Part shown: in pieces, positions 1 through 15,194 of the stretch | Numbering within the stretch: the first letter of the stretch is position 1 | Layout of the letters: each line of letters begins with the position of its first letter | Assembly (NCBI RefSeq): GCF_026210795.1 | Contig: NC_089433.1 | Span: forward strand, 372,001 to 436,000 | DNA: 64,000 bases | Direction of reading: 5' to 3' | Source: Rhizophagus irregularis | Lineage: Eukaryota | Program-made: the position numbers and the translations under genes | Notes under the pieces: generated by a model | Database searches by the model: none | Seen by the model: the letters and a program-made list of their open reading frames with translations, nothing else | Told to the model about the DNA's origin: nothing

Positions 1-3000
1 TATAAAAAGAAAAATATACTAGTTATCTTCAAATAGAATATTGAAGTATATAAAAATAAATAAATATAGTGAAATCATACTAGTTTAGAAGTGGGACTTA
101 ATAGTAATATTATAATAATAATTCCAACAAATAGTAAGAAAATAAAACTTCTATATAAAAAACTAAATCACAAGATTTTGGACCAACTTTTTAATTTAAA
201 AAAGCCATAAAAAGAAGTATTACTTATTACTGAATACTTTTTTTAAAACATTTCCAATGCTCATAACTAACAGTTAACAATGAGAACAAAAAACTTTAAA
301 AAAAAGTAATAAACAGAAAAAATGTGATACCAATATCAAAAAAAAATTTTCAATAAGCAAATCATATTTCATATCTGGCCAATGGTCACCTTCATCCACT
401 TCTTCTTTTCTTTTTAGAGATGATATCATATGTGTATATAAATGCAACCTCACATGAATACTGAAACTGTGTACTCCCACTTGGTTCCACCATTAACTGA
501 AAACATCTTCTAAAAGTGCATCCTTAGAGAAAATACTAAAAATCATTGTACATAGTGGAATCTTGTGACCAATATACAATTCAGGTATTTTCTTTTGTAA
601 TCATACAGAGTATCCAAAACTTAAATATTAAAAGTAACATCAAATTGTCTTATATAAAACAAGTGATTTATTACATAGATTTTTTCTGATACCACAGTTT
701 GCAATAATCCCATAGCATTTACCTTTCTACTTCTTTTTTAAGTTCCATATTTTCTTTTTTTAGATAATGTTTTCTTTTAAGGTTTTTAACCCTATTTTCT
801 AAGGCCCTTTCTGTTGTTGTATTTTGTAATTCCCACTCTTATTGCCTGTGTATGTGATAATGTTGGAAGATAACTAACTTTGCATTATTCATATCTTTTA
901 AATTTCCTTTAAGATTAAGATCTAATGTTAATATTTGGCCTTTATAATCCAATCTATCAAACACATAAGCATGTAATTCTCTAGCTATTAAAATTCCAGT
1001 ACCCTAGATAGTTTTCATTATCTTTATTTGTAAAATATGATATATAATTGTTCATAATAGTTTTGTATATATATTTGGCCTCTATATTTTTAAGAAAGTT
1101 CAGATACTGTATATCCAATATGCTAATTTTCTTTTCTTCCATTAGATCTAATATAAAATTGTCTTTTTTCAATTATTAATGTGCTTATGTTGACTGTAAT
1201 CATTGATTGTTTAGGTTCAGTACAATATTGTCTAATAGAAATTGGAACCATTCTGGAGTTTATCCCTTTTTGCAGTTGAGTGAACCTTTAATATCAGATC
1301 AGGTTCTAAGAAAATAACCATCTCAGCTAATGACAAATGTTGATCAAGAAGTGAAATTTGTTTTTTCTTTAAACTAGTCATATATACCTTCAACGTTATC
1401 GTCTGATAATCTTATTCATTTCTCAAATTCACTACTCTTCTCAGTATTATGTCTTGAGATTCTTTCATTATCATCAATATTTCATTTTTCGCGTAATAAA
1501 TCTAAAAATTGGGTTGAACATCAATATCCTGCCTTTTGTTAAGTGCATTATCAACCTAAATATTCGTGCATTTTCAAATTGGGGCTACTTTGGACCATAA
1601 AATTTTTAAAGCTTTCTTGTCCTTTTGAAATAGAATCAAAAATATTAAGAATGTTAGGGTAAATAGGATTATATAAAATGGAAAAATAAAAATTTTCAGG
1701 TAACAATAAAGAAGTTTTGAAAATTAATCAAATTGATTCAGTTAAATTCAGTACAAATATAAGTAAAAATAAAAATGTATTGAGTAAGGTATTCTATACA
1801 TGGTATTAAAACTTTATTGATCATGTAAATCACATGATTATGGGTGTATAATACTGTAACATGTGTGTTTAATTTTGTTGAAGATAATGACTGAGAAGTT
1901 GTCTATGTTAATGTATTCTTTCTGAATAGTATTTCTTTAATATGTATTTCTTTAATATCTTGACCTTCATATCATCAATACATAAAGGAATTTTAGTCAA
2001 GTCTTGTTTAAAAAGATTCATTGGTGAGAAGCTTTGTTTTGTCTTATTGACTTTAATGTTCATGAAATTGTAAAAATCATCTGCTATTAAGATGTTTGAT
2101 ACTAAAGGTGAGATAATGAACTAAAAAACCTGAGGCTATGCATTTTGATTTATCTCACTAATTAATTGGCAGTGTTTGACCAAATCATGTGCTTTCATTA
2201 ATATTAAAGGTGATTTTCTGCGATGTATTTTGCATAATAAGAACAATATTAATTGCTTTATAAGTATAGTTTTGTATTTGAAAGTTATAGATAATAAAAT
2301 TTTCACATTATTAATATAACTTCGATATATTTCCTTTTGGAATATTTATCTCTTAGTATATCAAATCAAGTATAAATTCCATTTAAATTTAATTCAATTT
2401 GATGTTACTTTTCTTAATACTTTTCTTAATAAAATTCCACAACTATGTAGTATTAGAAAATAATATACTATGAATAAATTGATATCAATGTAATTGTAAA
2501 ATAGTAAGAAGTATATTATTAAGTTTATCAATTTATTTTTTTTCTTTTTTTTAGTGAAAAAGAAATGTTATTTTGGCAACTTATTTACATTTAAAGGGGT
2601 ATGCCAAGAGATTTGTTACTTATTTTGGGTCAATTATTAAAATTTTGTTGTTATATTTGTATCAAAGGTTTTGAAACTTCATTTTTTCAATTTTATTCCA
2701 TCCTGAAATATTCAAATATTCAATATTGCTTTTTAAAGTTTTTTGCAAATTGATGAATAAAATTGTAATGTAGTGTGTATTGAAATATTTAATATTGTTT
2801 TTTTAAGTTTTTTGTATAGCTTCTTCCTATTTTAGCTTCAAAAAAGTTGAGAGTTATAACATTACTTTCAATTGAAGAATGCATACATTTATTCATTAGT
2901 GCACTCATTGTTCTGGTAAATTTGTTAATGAAAAGGTCTCATATTTATGATATCAATAATGAATATCTTGACCTATATTTTTGTATTTTCTTAATAGTTT

Positions 3001-4361
3001 GTAACTGGTTTCTTTATAAAAAATATTTTCTTTTAAGTATAGTCTCCATATTTATTTATATAATAATAATTTTTGTCTAGACTTTCAAACTTTTAACATT
3101 ATTTTTTTCTGAAAAAATTTGGTTTAGATGATCAGTGGAAAGAGTTCTCTTTAAACTGATTTTTTTACCAATATTAAAATTGTAATGTAGTATGTATTAA
3201 ATATTCAATATTACTTTTTTAAGTTTTTTTGCAAATTGATGAATAAAATTGTAATTTAATGTGTATTTATTTATTAATAAATTTCTCACATGAAAAGTGG
3301 CTTTAACTTAATTAAAAAACAAAAGTTATATTATTTGTCCATAATTTTAAATATTTGGGTAAAAGTTATTTGTCCAAATTTTCAAAAATAAATAAATTTA
3401 TGGTATTGACCTAAAAATAATAATAATTATATAAGTAGATTAATTACAATTAGAATTTTGCATAGCCATTATCTGTTATGAAAAAAATTTTTTATCAGCC
3501 ACTTTTTTTGCTAAGCAAATTTAATCAAAACTCTAAAATTTACCAATTATATTATTATATTATATTATTAATATGATGTATTTTTATACCAAAAAAAAAA
3601 ATTTATTAATGTAAAATTATTTAAGAGAATTTCCTATTAATAATGTTTAAATTTTCAAATTTTTGGTTTAAGCAAAATACAAAAATTGGGATCAATACTT
3701 AATATTTTATGATAAAGGTATTACAATAATATAATAATTTATTAAATCAACTTGTTTATACTGGTTTAAACTTAGCCCATTTTAAGCCACTAAAACTGGT
3801 TATAGGCTTAGTCAAGCTAAGCTTAACCTTAACTTGGCTTGGTTTGAGCCAAGCCTTTTTTACTTGTAAATATAGAATTATCTAATATTATTATAAATTT
3901 ACTGTATTAACTGTATTAACTGAATAATTATCAATTTAATATCTCATCTCCTTTATTTCATTTGTAATTGTATATAGAAATGTACAATAAAATATAACTA
4001 AAAAAAAAATGAGATGGAAAGTAAAATGGTTCTTTAAAGTTTTAAGGAAATTTGTTACAACTCGGAAAAAAAAAAAATATTAAGCATCCTGCTTGAATAA
4101 GAAGAAAAGTGAAAGAAGTAAGCCACATAACAATTGACCCATGACACAATTAAAGAAAACGTTTGTTATAATGAAAACCACTAAGGCATGTGATCACGGT
4201 TCACGAGTTTGATACAGCTCGCATGTGATCTTACAAATATTAATTACAAATTTCTTTGCTTTATTACATAAGCAATAATATTCCAAATATTAATTATTGC
4301 TTCTATGAAGATAAAATTATTAGTTTAATATATACTGTATACATATAAATATTAAAACTTT

Positions 4362-6482
4362 TTACTGTACATACCGAATAAACAATTCATTTTCAATATC
4401 TTTAATTGGATATGATACATTAATTTCACCATCATTTTCTTGATATGATTTATACCATTTTAATGCTTCTATTTTATTTTTTTGAGTACCTTCACCATTT
4501 TTATAACATTCGGCTAATTCATATTGAGATGGTATAAATCCATTTTCAGCAGATTTTTTAAATAATTCGAATGCTATAATTGAATTATTTTGTGCATTAT
4601 AATTGAATTGATGATAACAAGATGCAAGAAAATGTAAAGCTATATTTAATCCATTATTAACAGCATGTTGACAAAATTCCAATGATCTTTCATTATAATT
4701 TTTTTCAACGGTATAACCAAGATAATAATAAAATCCAACCTCATAATATCCATTGAAATCATTTTGTTGACTTGATCTCATATACCATTCGAATGCTATA
4801 TTTATACTTTTATTTACTCCAAAACCTCTATTATAAAAGACTCCTAACATTAATTCATAATATTGTAAAGTAGGATTATTTATAAGGTAATTAAAAATTT
4901 CTTTTGATCTTGATTCATATCTTTCTAATACTTTATTAAAATCAAAAGTTTTTATCCATCCAATCTTATTTCTTTTTAAATAATTTTGAATAATTTCTTC
5001 TAAATCATCTCTTAAACCTTTTTCATATTCACTAATACTAGATGATATCATTGATGGTGTACCTAAATATATAATAAAATATTAATAAGAATTTAATCAA
5101 ATACTGTATGATTGATTGAATGATTGAATGATTGAATGATTGATTTTACTTACTAATTTGACTAGTAAATTGCGCTAAATTCAGTTCGTTAATATTATCA
5201 TCAATTGTTAAGTATGATCGTGATTGTAAATTATTTTCATTATTCAATATATTAGAACTATTAGAATTTGTTTCATCACTATAAATATTTATTTTAATAT
5301 CAACCGTAGAATTATCTTTAGAAAAACGTTTCAATGTATCGTAAACTTCTTCAGCATTCGGTCTTAAATCTGGATCATTATCCCAACATTTCTGATAAAG
5401 TTCAACATATTCTAATGGTGTATCATTCATTGGTGATTCTCTATATCCATTTGCAATCCTATAACATAAAGTAGCTCTTGAAATACTTGGAAAAGGAGGA
5501 TACCCGCTTGTTATTTCCCATAAAAGAATTCCTAAACTATAAATATCAGATCTTTTGTCTCTTACATAATTATCAACAACATAACATTGCGGTTCAATAT
5601 ATTCTAACATCCCCCAAGCTATTGAATTTGATGTAATTTCACCCGTTAAATGTTTAGATAACCCAAGGTCCGCAATCATCAAATTATTATTATCAACTAA
5701 TATATTCTTTGCATGCTATAAAAAAAAAAATAAATAAATAATTTTAGATATGAATTAAAAAATATTAAAAAAATTTTATTAACAGTTGAGGATAAATAAA
5801 TTTATTACCAAATCTCTATGAATAATTTTTCTAGAATGTAAACATTTCAATCCACAAGTAATTTCTGATGCCATCCGAATTTTATCATCCCAATTAAGTG
5901 ACTTAAAATTATTTTTTAAATATTCTCTTAAATTTCCACGATTAGCGTATTGTAACACCATTATATAATTATTTGTTATTGGTTCTAGTATATTATAAAG
6001 ATAAAAATAAAATAAATTAATATGTTATTTAATACATTTGAAGTGGTTACAGAAATGTCAAAAATAATCCAACCTTTTGTAATTCCTAAAAATCGATTTA
6101 TGTTCGGATGGAAATTAACTTTTCTTAAATTTCTTAACTAAGTTAACGTACGTTAATGGATTATTTATTTTGAACAATAATAATGAAATCGTCAATATAA
6201 TAAATCATGATGATGAGAATAAATCTTATTATAATAAATCTTGAATATGAACAATATATACTGTACCTCTTTAAGAAATCTATTCATATTATCTTGATTG
6301 ACTGAATTATATTCGATAATTTTTAATGCTATTTTAATACCACAACTTTTCCAATCAGCTTTATTCACAATTCCGAACGCTCCTTCGCCAACTTTTTCAA
6401 AATTACTAAATTCATCATAATCAAAATAATTTATGTCATCATCCCTTATTTTCATATCGATCCACTCGCATAATGAAGTCAT
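4362..6482 (-). CDS. TKL-like protein kinase fused to C-terminal Sel1-like repeats (5 exons: 6482-6267, 6137-6074, 5984-5809, 5715-5154, 5062-4362)
   Basis: Spliced GT-AG model keeps frame: GEGAFG, IALK, IHRDL|HAKN, DLG, YIEPQ, SDIYSLG, CW..DP..RP, then Sel1 motifs (AFEWY..S, SQYELAECYKNGEGT.KN..EALKWY). Confidence 0.9.
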
Positions 6483-7101
6483 ATTTTGCAAGAAATTTTT
6501 TTTTTCTTTTTTTTAAAAAAAAATAAAAAAAATAAAGAGAAGAATTATTTTTTTGCACGAAAGAAGTACATTCGGAAAGTTTGATATTTTGTAAATACAA
6601 CACGGGGATAGACGACAGATTAGTAAACCGTTAAAAGCTGATCTTTCTAAAAGCATAATCTTGCGTTTTGTAGAACTTTTATTTACAGATGAAACGATAA
6701 CATGTGATTTTCTTCAACGGATTGAAGGATAAATGCATGAAATAAATGAAATAAGGTAGAAAGTGCATAAACCAGTTAACATACTATTTTTGTGAAACGA
6801 TATCGTATGAATCTGTAATGATTTTTTCATGCGACAATAATTAACGTTCAACGAAATATAATAATTTACTTTCTTACTTCTTGTATCAATAGATAATATA
6901 AAATGTTAAAAAATTGATAAATTTATTATTTTATACACGACATTTAGAACAAACAAAACATAATATTCTAATGTATGATAAAATGTAATAAAAAAAAAAA
7001 TATATGTAAAATATGAAGATATTATGCCTGCATATATATAACTTCAATAATTTAAATATGCAAAAATCTATGATACAATATAATAAATATGAGTTTTTTT
7101 T

Positions 7102-8280
7102 TTACTTTTCCACATCATTATTATTATTATCATTATTGTTATCATTATCATTATTTCTTCGTTTATCAGGTTTACGACGATCTTTTAATGCTTCAAATAC
7201 ACGACCTATTATGGCTATAGGTAATTTTACTGAAATTGTAATAAGTTTTAAGAACGGTATTAATGTATAATCGCCTTCAACTTCCCTTTTATACAAAATC
7301 TAAGATAAAGAAAAAAATTAATTACGCGTTTCTTTAAAAATCTTTTTTTAATAAAAGTACTATATATATTACTTTTTACATACCTGAATAACAAATTGAG
7401 GTATATCTGCAATAATAGAACTTATGACACAACCCCATAATATCATGGTCTTAGAATCATCAGAAAATGGAGCATTAAACTTTTTCATTCTAAAAATCTC
7501 TGAATAAAGTAATTTCAACGTTGACATATCAGCTCCTGCAAGTACTGCGGCTGTTGCTGCAAATGATGAATTATCATAAAACCATCGTCTAAATTCTGTG
7601 GAACCCTTCTTTTTTTCATTAATTATTATCATGAGTGAAAGTACAATATTCACAATCACTGGACCTATCAAAAATATGATACTGTAAAAAGGAGGAACGA
7701 AAATTTAATAAGCTAGGAAGTTTATTTGTATTATGCATTAAATAAATTATTTACCTTGGCACATAAAGTGAAGGAACATCTTTCCCTTGATTTTTGACAA
7801 AAAGTGCATCGAGAATAAAATCCAATAAAGTCCATGGTATCGAAAGTATAACGCCACTCATTGCCTAATAATATGATGTATATCGTGCACGAACGTTTAT
7901 TAATAATCACATTATTAATAAATTATAATAATGTTCAGGATAACTTATCACATACCTTTCTATTTAAACAAAAAGATATTCCAAAACATAAAAGGAGAAA
8001 CAACCCAAATAGGCCAAGTGCGATACCTCCAACTATTTATAAAACAGAAAAGTAAGGGAACGAGCTCAAAAAAAAAAAAAAAGATTCACCAATTATTTGT
8101 TAACTTACAGGTATATTGAAAAACTACTCCAGCTGAAAGTGCTCTCTTTTCGATATTATTGTGTGATGAAGGTGAAAATCGTTTGTCGTTGGATTCAACT
8201 TCACATAATGAAATTTGGATAAAATATAATAAGAATGAAAGTAATAGAAAATTAAAGATTTTGGGGGATTTTGAATACAT
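7102..8280 (-). CDS. Signal-peptide-bearing multi-pass membrane protein (5 exons: 8280-8109, 8032-7956, 7864-7755, 7681-7384, 7299-7102)
   Basis: N-terminal hydrophobic segment MYSKSPKIFNFLLLSFLLYFIQISLC, in-frame GT-AG junctions, several hydrophobic helices, ADIPQFVIQ motif, Asn/Asp-rich tail. Confidence 0.75.
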
Positions 8281-10614
8281 TTTTTGAAGATATTTTTTTT
8301 TTTGTATGAAAAATAAAAACGTAAACAAGTTTTTTGAGGGAAAAAAAAGTACTTTACGATAAATATATATAGAAGACCATTTTATTTGTGATATGAAGGC
8401 GAAACATGCATGAAACAACGATTATAAGTAATAGATTTAATCATTTCTTTCTTTTTTTGACAAAAATATTGATGGGGTACAAAGTATATATGGATTAATG
8501 AGCACAGAAAAGCTTCCTTTTGTTAATTTAGTTAAAACAATTTACATTGTAATTATATATAAAGCGATAATGGATGATACTTGTTTAAAAAGGTATTTTG
8601 CGTAATATAAACTAAATAAAGGGGAATTGCGTTTTAGATGTAGTAGAGGAATCTTTGCTTTAAACTAACGCTAACTAAAAAATTTGATTAACCGGAAGAT
8701 CCGATCTTGATCATCATTTTTTTTTTTTGGTATAACGAATGAAAAAAAAGAATCAATCATTATTCGCCAAAAGAAATGGTATAATATATAATTGTTCAAC
8801 AATATGAAAATTTGATTAACACGAAAAGGAGGAAAATGTCATTTAAGGAAATTGGTTCATTAAATATACAATGAACATACCTTATTAATAAATCTAAAAC
8901 ATACAGTACTTCCGAAATTAAGCATCCTTAATGTTGCCCAAAGTCATCATAAGTGCCGATCAAAGTTGGCTTAATGCGATTATGCGACCCGAGTACTCAA
9001 TATTCAGGGGATGCTTAATTTTGGTTATACGAACTGAAAAACAAACGTAAAGTTAGGTTAATCCTTATTATACAAGTACGAAAATTATTGGTTCCTTTAT
9101 TTGGATATCGAATGTTTCAAGATTTACATTCGAAATTACTAAATAGGTTTAAATGATTTGATCGTTGTGTGATTTACATGAAACCTAAGGAGGTTGAAAT
9201 TGCCCCAAAAAAAAATAATTTATGCATGTTAATTTCATAGGTTCATTTAATATTTGCATAAATAAAGTAAATAGGTCACAACAACCACGATACTATTTGT
9301 AAAATGATTTATTGGATAACAACTAATTTTTTTGGGTAAAGTTTCTGATAATAGGGTACAATGATAAGATCCGAAAAGGAAATTTGCGTGTATCATGTTA
9401 CACATTTTACGGGTTTCGTGGGTTCCATCAAGCCGGAATATTTATACTTAAAATAGTAATTTTTTCTTGATCGTCAAAAAAAATTATAAAATGTATTTTT
9501 AATTTATAAAATATTGTACGGTAAGCATGTCGCAATAAATTAGACGCGAACAAAGATTTTATTCTGTATGAATTATTGTTTAATAATGACACAATATATA
9601 AGACAAACATGCAATTCATTAATCATAATTTCATAAAGTTTAACGAATTTTTTAAAAAAGGTTAACCCCCGAAATTTATTCCCAATTTTTAATTAAGTCA
9701 TGTGATTCTTTGTCTATTTATAATATTTATTTAGACATGGCTCCTTTGTTATAGTTTATAACTGTTTACCTTTTTTAAATAATTTAATGAGGTTAATACA
9801 AGGATATTATGGATTTTGTTTGAATATATATTTTCTTTCTGATAAAACATAAAAATTAATTTTCTTTAAAATATTTAATTTACTTTTTAGTGCATAATAG
9901 ATAAATTCTTTCTGCATATTAATAATTTTTTCTTTTTTTTACTTTGAATATTTTTTTTAAATATTAAATATATACAATATATTCACGACTAGTTTAAAGA
10001 TGTTAAGCCAAATTTTATTTTTTTTTATGTACGACTAATTTTTGTACCCGTGTAATATTTGTAATATTTTGTACGGTATGAAATAATGAAATCAACGTAT
10101 TAAATCGAGTAGATAAATCGAATAAATCGAAAATTCACATGCTTATCTTTTTTATACAAGGAGTTATTTCATGTGTCAAAATCTTTACGTTCAAACTTAC
10201 ATATTTATAATTTCTAATTACCAGGGATGAAATTAACAAAGTCCGAACGTCCCGTTGAATTGGCAATTATCCAATTGTAAAGACAGTATCTTTTACCGCA
10301 GTAGGTATCACCGTGATACCGTGATATTTATAGTATAAATAGGACAGAGGCGTTAAGGTATGACGCAAAATTCCATTTATACTCGTTCATTTTAAAAGAA
10401 TAAAAGGAAATCAAAATCATACTTCATTATAATGTAATAGAATTGTGAAACAAAAATAAGAGTGTCATTTGCTTTGTGTATAACACATATAATATATTGT
10501 TTGATAATACTTATTTTCATTATTATACTGTAAATACCCAATTCTTTCCTTTTATTGCGTTTTTTTTAAAAAAAACCCCAGTTAATATTTAATAATAAAA
10601 CATAGAATTCTATT

Positions 10615-11580
10615 ATGAACATACAAAATGATAATCAATCATTTAAATTTACCGATGCGGATTTAAATGATGTGGTTGGAAATAATAACGTTAATGTTGA
10701 TGTCAATTTTCAAATTGAATCAACCAATTTAAAAGAATCAACATCTGGTTTTGAAATAATCGAATAGAATTCTTCTAATACTTCAAAAATTCTTACCGAT
10801 GTTATGGAAAAGCTTCACACATGTTTTTTGAATACTTTAGAAGAACATGAAATCATGAATAAAGATGCAGAAAAAGGCCAGTGTGGAATTTCGCTTTCAA
10901 TGATTGTTGTGCTTTTGACGAATATCAACTAATGTACCAAGTCCTTAACATTCGACCTCATCCCAGTTTTCGTTTTATCCATGAAGAACACACTTCAAGT
11001 AAATCTTCTTACTCGGTTGTTACAAATGCACGTGGAATTTATCTAATTGTCGTAATAGTTGTCGCTCCTTCTGATAGTCAACGAGTAATAAAGCGTCAAC
11101 AAGGTTTGATGGATGCGAAACAACTTAAAGAACAATTTCGCCTCGCAAATATAAATAACGAGAAAGTTGTTTGTTGTTCTCGGCGCATTTATTATGAATG
11201 AAACCGAAATGAATAAAAGTACCATCATTTTTATCGACGAGAATGATGAAGCAATTGCTCGTGCTGCGGACGAGAATTACCTTGTTAACAAACAGGTAAT
11301 CGACGAAGTTTATTTAGAGGCGTCTCGGCCGGTAATGGATCTTCAAGAAGAGATGTTGCAACAAGGTATAAAGTATTTTTATTAGCGGTTTCTTTTGCAA
11401 TTTTATATTTATACTTACTAAAAGTCGATCAAAATTTTTTTAAAGGCCTCAGATCGATTGGTTGTTATGATGATGTTGTTATTGACGATTGCGAAAATCT
11501 TGTTATTGAAGAGTTATCCGAAGAAGAAATGATGAACAATCTTCAAATCAACAACAAACATCTGACTACAAATCTTTATT
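10615..11580 (+). pseudogene. Disrupted hypothetical gene
   Basis: ATG at 10615 runs into TAG near 10766; coding-like sequence continues in shifting frames (ORFs 10881-11201, 11167-11385); an apparent GT-AG intron lies at ~11367-11445. Confidence 0.45.
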
Positions 11581-12580
11581 ATATATTATGGTTCAAGTCA
11601 TGGTATTAATATTAGCAATAATTTATAAAATAAATTTTACTTAGGATGAATTAAATTTACCTTATTAGAAATGATAATTTATATTAAAATGGAAATTCAT
11701 ACATATTATTATATTATTCAGCCTTGTGTTTAACGATTTTACGAACAGATCTATCATATAATTAGTGACATTTTCAAAATAAAATACTAACAAAAAAATT
11801 TTTTTAAGAGTATCCGATTACAGCAAAAAATCAAAGTTCGGGCGGGGAGGATTAATCGATCCAAGCCTAACGGCATAAAAATTTGATATGTGACATGGTG
11901 GACAATGTGTTGTATTTGAAAAGAAAAATTTGGCTCTGAAAAGGATTAAAGATTTTTTCCTTAATAATTTTTTAAAATTAATCAATTTTTTTTCTCCATT
12001 CTTTCTTTACTTCAATCGAATTTTTAATAATAAAGTACAGCTAAATGTCGTATAGTCCCGATAATCAACTATAATGAATAATATTTATCAACTTAAATAT
12101 ATTAGTTGTTATTTTTAATATTAATTTAAAACATAAAACGTAGTAGTTGTTTTACCGTTTCTACCATTTATGTTAGCGATACAGTAAAAGTGTCGATTTC
12201 CTCGATGGTATAAATCGTGTCAGTATTAAAATTATTTTCGCTATGTTTGTTAAAATGTAAACTTTCATTTATATTATACAACGAACCCCATCCAAAATTA
12301 AATCCATTATTATCATGACTTGTGATTGATTCCATTTACTATCCGACTTACTTTTATATTTTGAGTATCTTCACTATCTTCAAATGAAAAAATGAAAAAA
12401 TAAAATTATCTGACGATCTGTATTAAATAGTTCACTTTATTATATCAATCATGTGTTATTGTTGCACTTTTAAAATAATGAAAACGCGTAAAATAACTGA
12501 ATTTCTTTTGTATTTTAACTTTAATATTAGATAATACGGATGATTATAATGTGGTAATTCAAGAAAGGCCTCTTAGAAGA

Positions 12581-12733
12581 ATTAAGACGAAAAATTAAAG
12601 CTATTTTTTTTTTAAAAAAAAAAACTCTTCACGCGTTTAGGTTCATTAAATATGAAAATAATTTAAGACGAAAAATTAAAGCTATTTTTTTTTAAAAAAA
12701 AAACTCTTTACGCGTTTAGGTTCATTAAATATA
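12581..12733. repeat. ~80-bp direct duplication
   Basis: Two copies of ttaagacgaaaaattaaagctatttttt...acgcgtttaggttcattaaatat. Confidence 0.85.
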
Positions 12734-12849
12734 CGAAATTTTGTAACATTACACAGATTTAGAATTATTTCATATTGTTATACACTTCCCAGGCACCACA
12801 CAATAATTTAAGCCCCCTTTCCTTTAAAAACAGCCAAGTTTCTTAGACC

Positions 12850-13835
12850 AAAAAATGATGATATCCAAGGTATAGGTAATTCTTCCTGTATTACATGATT
12901 TGAAATGTTGGATTTTTTGATTTTTTGCCTGAAATATAAGATATTAGTTAGTAGTGTGTACATTTATTTAGGATAAAGGAAGGCACATAGCTGATTCTTT
13001 GTAACAGAATCAACAGACCTTTACCAACAACAAACTTAAGTCAAACTTAGGACACCTCAGATAGAAAGAAATTATACCAATCTACCCAAGTGGTTTTTGC
13101 TGTCACAAAATGATACCATGCTACCTAAGTGGTCCCTACTGTCATGGTCCTTCAGGATACCACTGTTACAGAAAGATGATACCATGCTACCTAATATATG
13201 GTTCCTACTGTCATGGTCCTTCAGAATCCACTGTTAATGCCTAAAGTCCTAAGCCCCCTAAGTTTGCAAAATAAAAAATACACACCTTTTCCATTAGTTT
13301 CTTAATCCAAAAAATGATGAAGAAAAAGTAATAATGATATCCAAGGTATAGGTAATTTATCTTGCATTACATGATTAAAATGTTGGATTTTTGATTTTTT
13401 GCCTGAAATATAAGATATTAGTTAGTAGTGTGTACATTTATTTAGGATAAAGGAAGGCACATAGCTGATTCTTTGTAACAGAATCAACAGACCTCTACCA
13501 ACAACAAACTCAAGTCAAGCTTAGGACACCTCAGATAGAAAGAAATTATACCAATCTACCCAAGTGGTTCTTGCTGTCACAAAATGATACCATGCTACCT
13601 AAGTGGTCCCTACTGTCATGGTCCTTCAGGATACCACTGTTACAGAAAGATGATACCATGCTACCTAATATATGGTTCCTACTGTCATGGTCCTTCAGAA
13701 TCCACTGTTAATGCCTAAAGTCCTAAGCCCCTTAAGTTTGCAAAATAAAAAAATACACACCTTTTCCTTTAAATCAGCCCAGATTCTTAATCCAAAAAAT
13801 GATGAAGAAAAGTAATAATGATATCCAAGGTATAG
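12850..13835. repeat. ~480-bp near-identical tandem duplication with internal subrepeats
   Basis: atgatatccaaggtatag occurs near 12858, 13335 and 13818; the intervening blocks are nearly identical; internal gataccatgctaccta / ctactgtcatggtccttcag subrepeats. Confidence 0.9.
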
Positions 13836-13849
13836 ATATTAATTTCTCA

Positions 13850-14120
13850 AAAATTGCAAAAAATATTGGATTTTCAAAAAAATAAATTGCAAAAAATATT
13901 GGATTTTCAAAAAAATAAATTGCAAAAAATATTGGATTTTCAAAAAAAAATAAATTACAAAAAGTATTGATCTTCAAAAAAATAAATTACAAAAAGTATT
14001 AAAATATTGTGTAAAAGTAAAAAAATATTGTGCAAAAAAAAAAATAAATTGCAATTTTTTCTAATTGCAATTTTTTCAAAAAAAAAATTACAAAATTACA
14101 AAAAAATATTTGGCAAATTG
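13850..14120. repeat. ~33-bp A-rich minisatellite
   Basis: Repeated aaattgcaaaaaatattggattttcaaaaaaat, degenerating to the right. Confidence 0.8.
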
Positions 14121-15194
14121 CAGGCCTTTAAATAAAAAAAAAATGCCTTTCAATAATACTGAATAATATTGAATCATCTTTATTAATATTCCATCTTTTA
14201 AATAATTATGCATTGATATCACAAGAAGGCTTGATTTAGAAATAATAAAAAAATTCGTATAATGTCAATTTTTTTTTTTCTACCAAAAAAAGAAAAAAAG
14301 ATCTTACAAAAATTAATAAATATGACTCATATTGATTTTATATAATCTTTCTATATTTTTCATTATATTCATAGTTACGCCAATATTTTATTATAATAAT
14401 TTTTTTTATCATATTGTAATAGCAATATCTATGTTTTTTATTATTGTTTATAGTTGCACCAATATCTTTTATAATGATTAATAGATTTCTAATGTAAATA
14501 TTGATAATATAAATCTGTATATCATATGAGTCATAAAAAATTACCTGTACTACTCACATAAAAATTGCTCATGTGAATTAAAGATCAGTACTATAATAGA
14601 AAATACACAATGGGCACCACAATCAACAATTTCATATGATTTAAAAAACAGGTTTTTATTTGTATAAATATAATCTTAATTTTATATATATTTTTAGAAT
14701 GCAAGAAAATCATTTAAAATAAGAATTTCTTATAGGCTATTAAGCTTGTATTTTGCAAGAAATTTTTATAATGCTATATATTATGTTAATTGATAAAATA
14801 TCATAGAATCGAATGGAAATAATAAAATATAATGATATCTTAGATTACTAAATCTTGTCCCTTTATGTTTGATAGGAGAATTTAGGTTATAATGGTAAGT
14901 ATTTCTTTATTAGTAAAATTGTACTATTTACTTATAATAATTATTTTAGGTTCCAATGGTGTCACTCAAGCTAAATATAGTGAAAATGATCATTCGCCAC
15001 AATACCATCATGACATCTTTCTATATTTAGAAACAAATTTTGTTATAAATTTATGCGTGAAAAATGAAAAGCTGTAATTAATTATAAAATTATCAATGTT
15101 AATAGTTTATACAGTACCATTTTAATGTTTCTTTTATAATTTTTTGGACTATTAAATTGAATAAGGTTCGTTATCGTGAAATTATTACAAAACT

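Noticed and set aside
270..1500. Possible LINE/retroelement remnant on the minus strand
   Set aside because: Coding-like but full of stops; I could not identify a diagnostic RT or RNase H motif.
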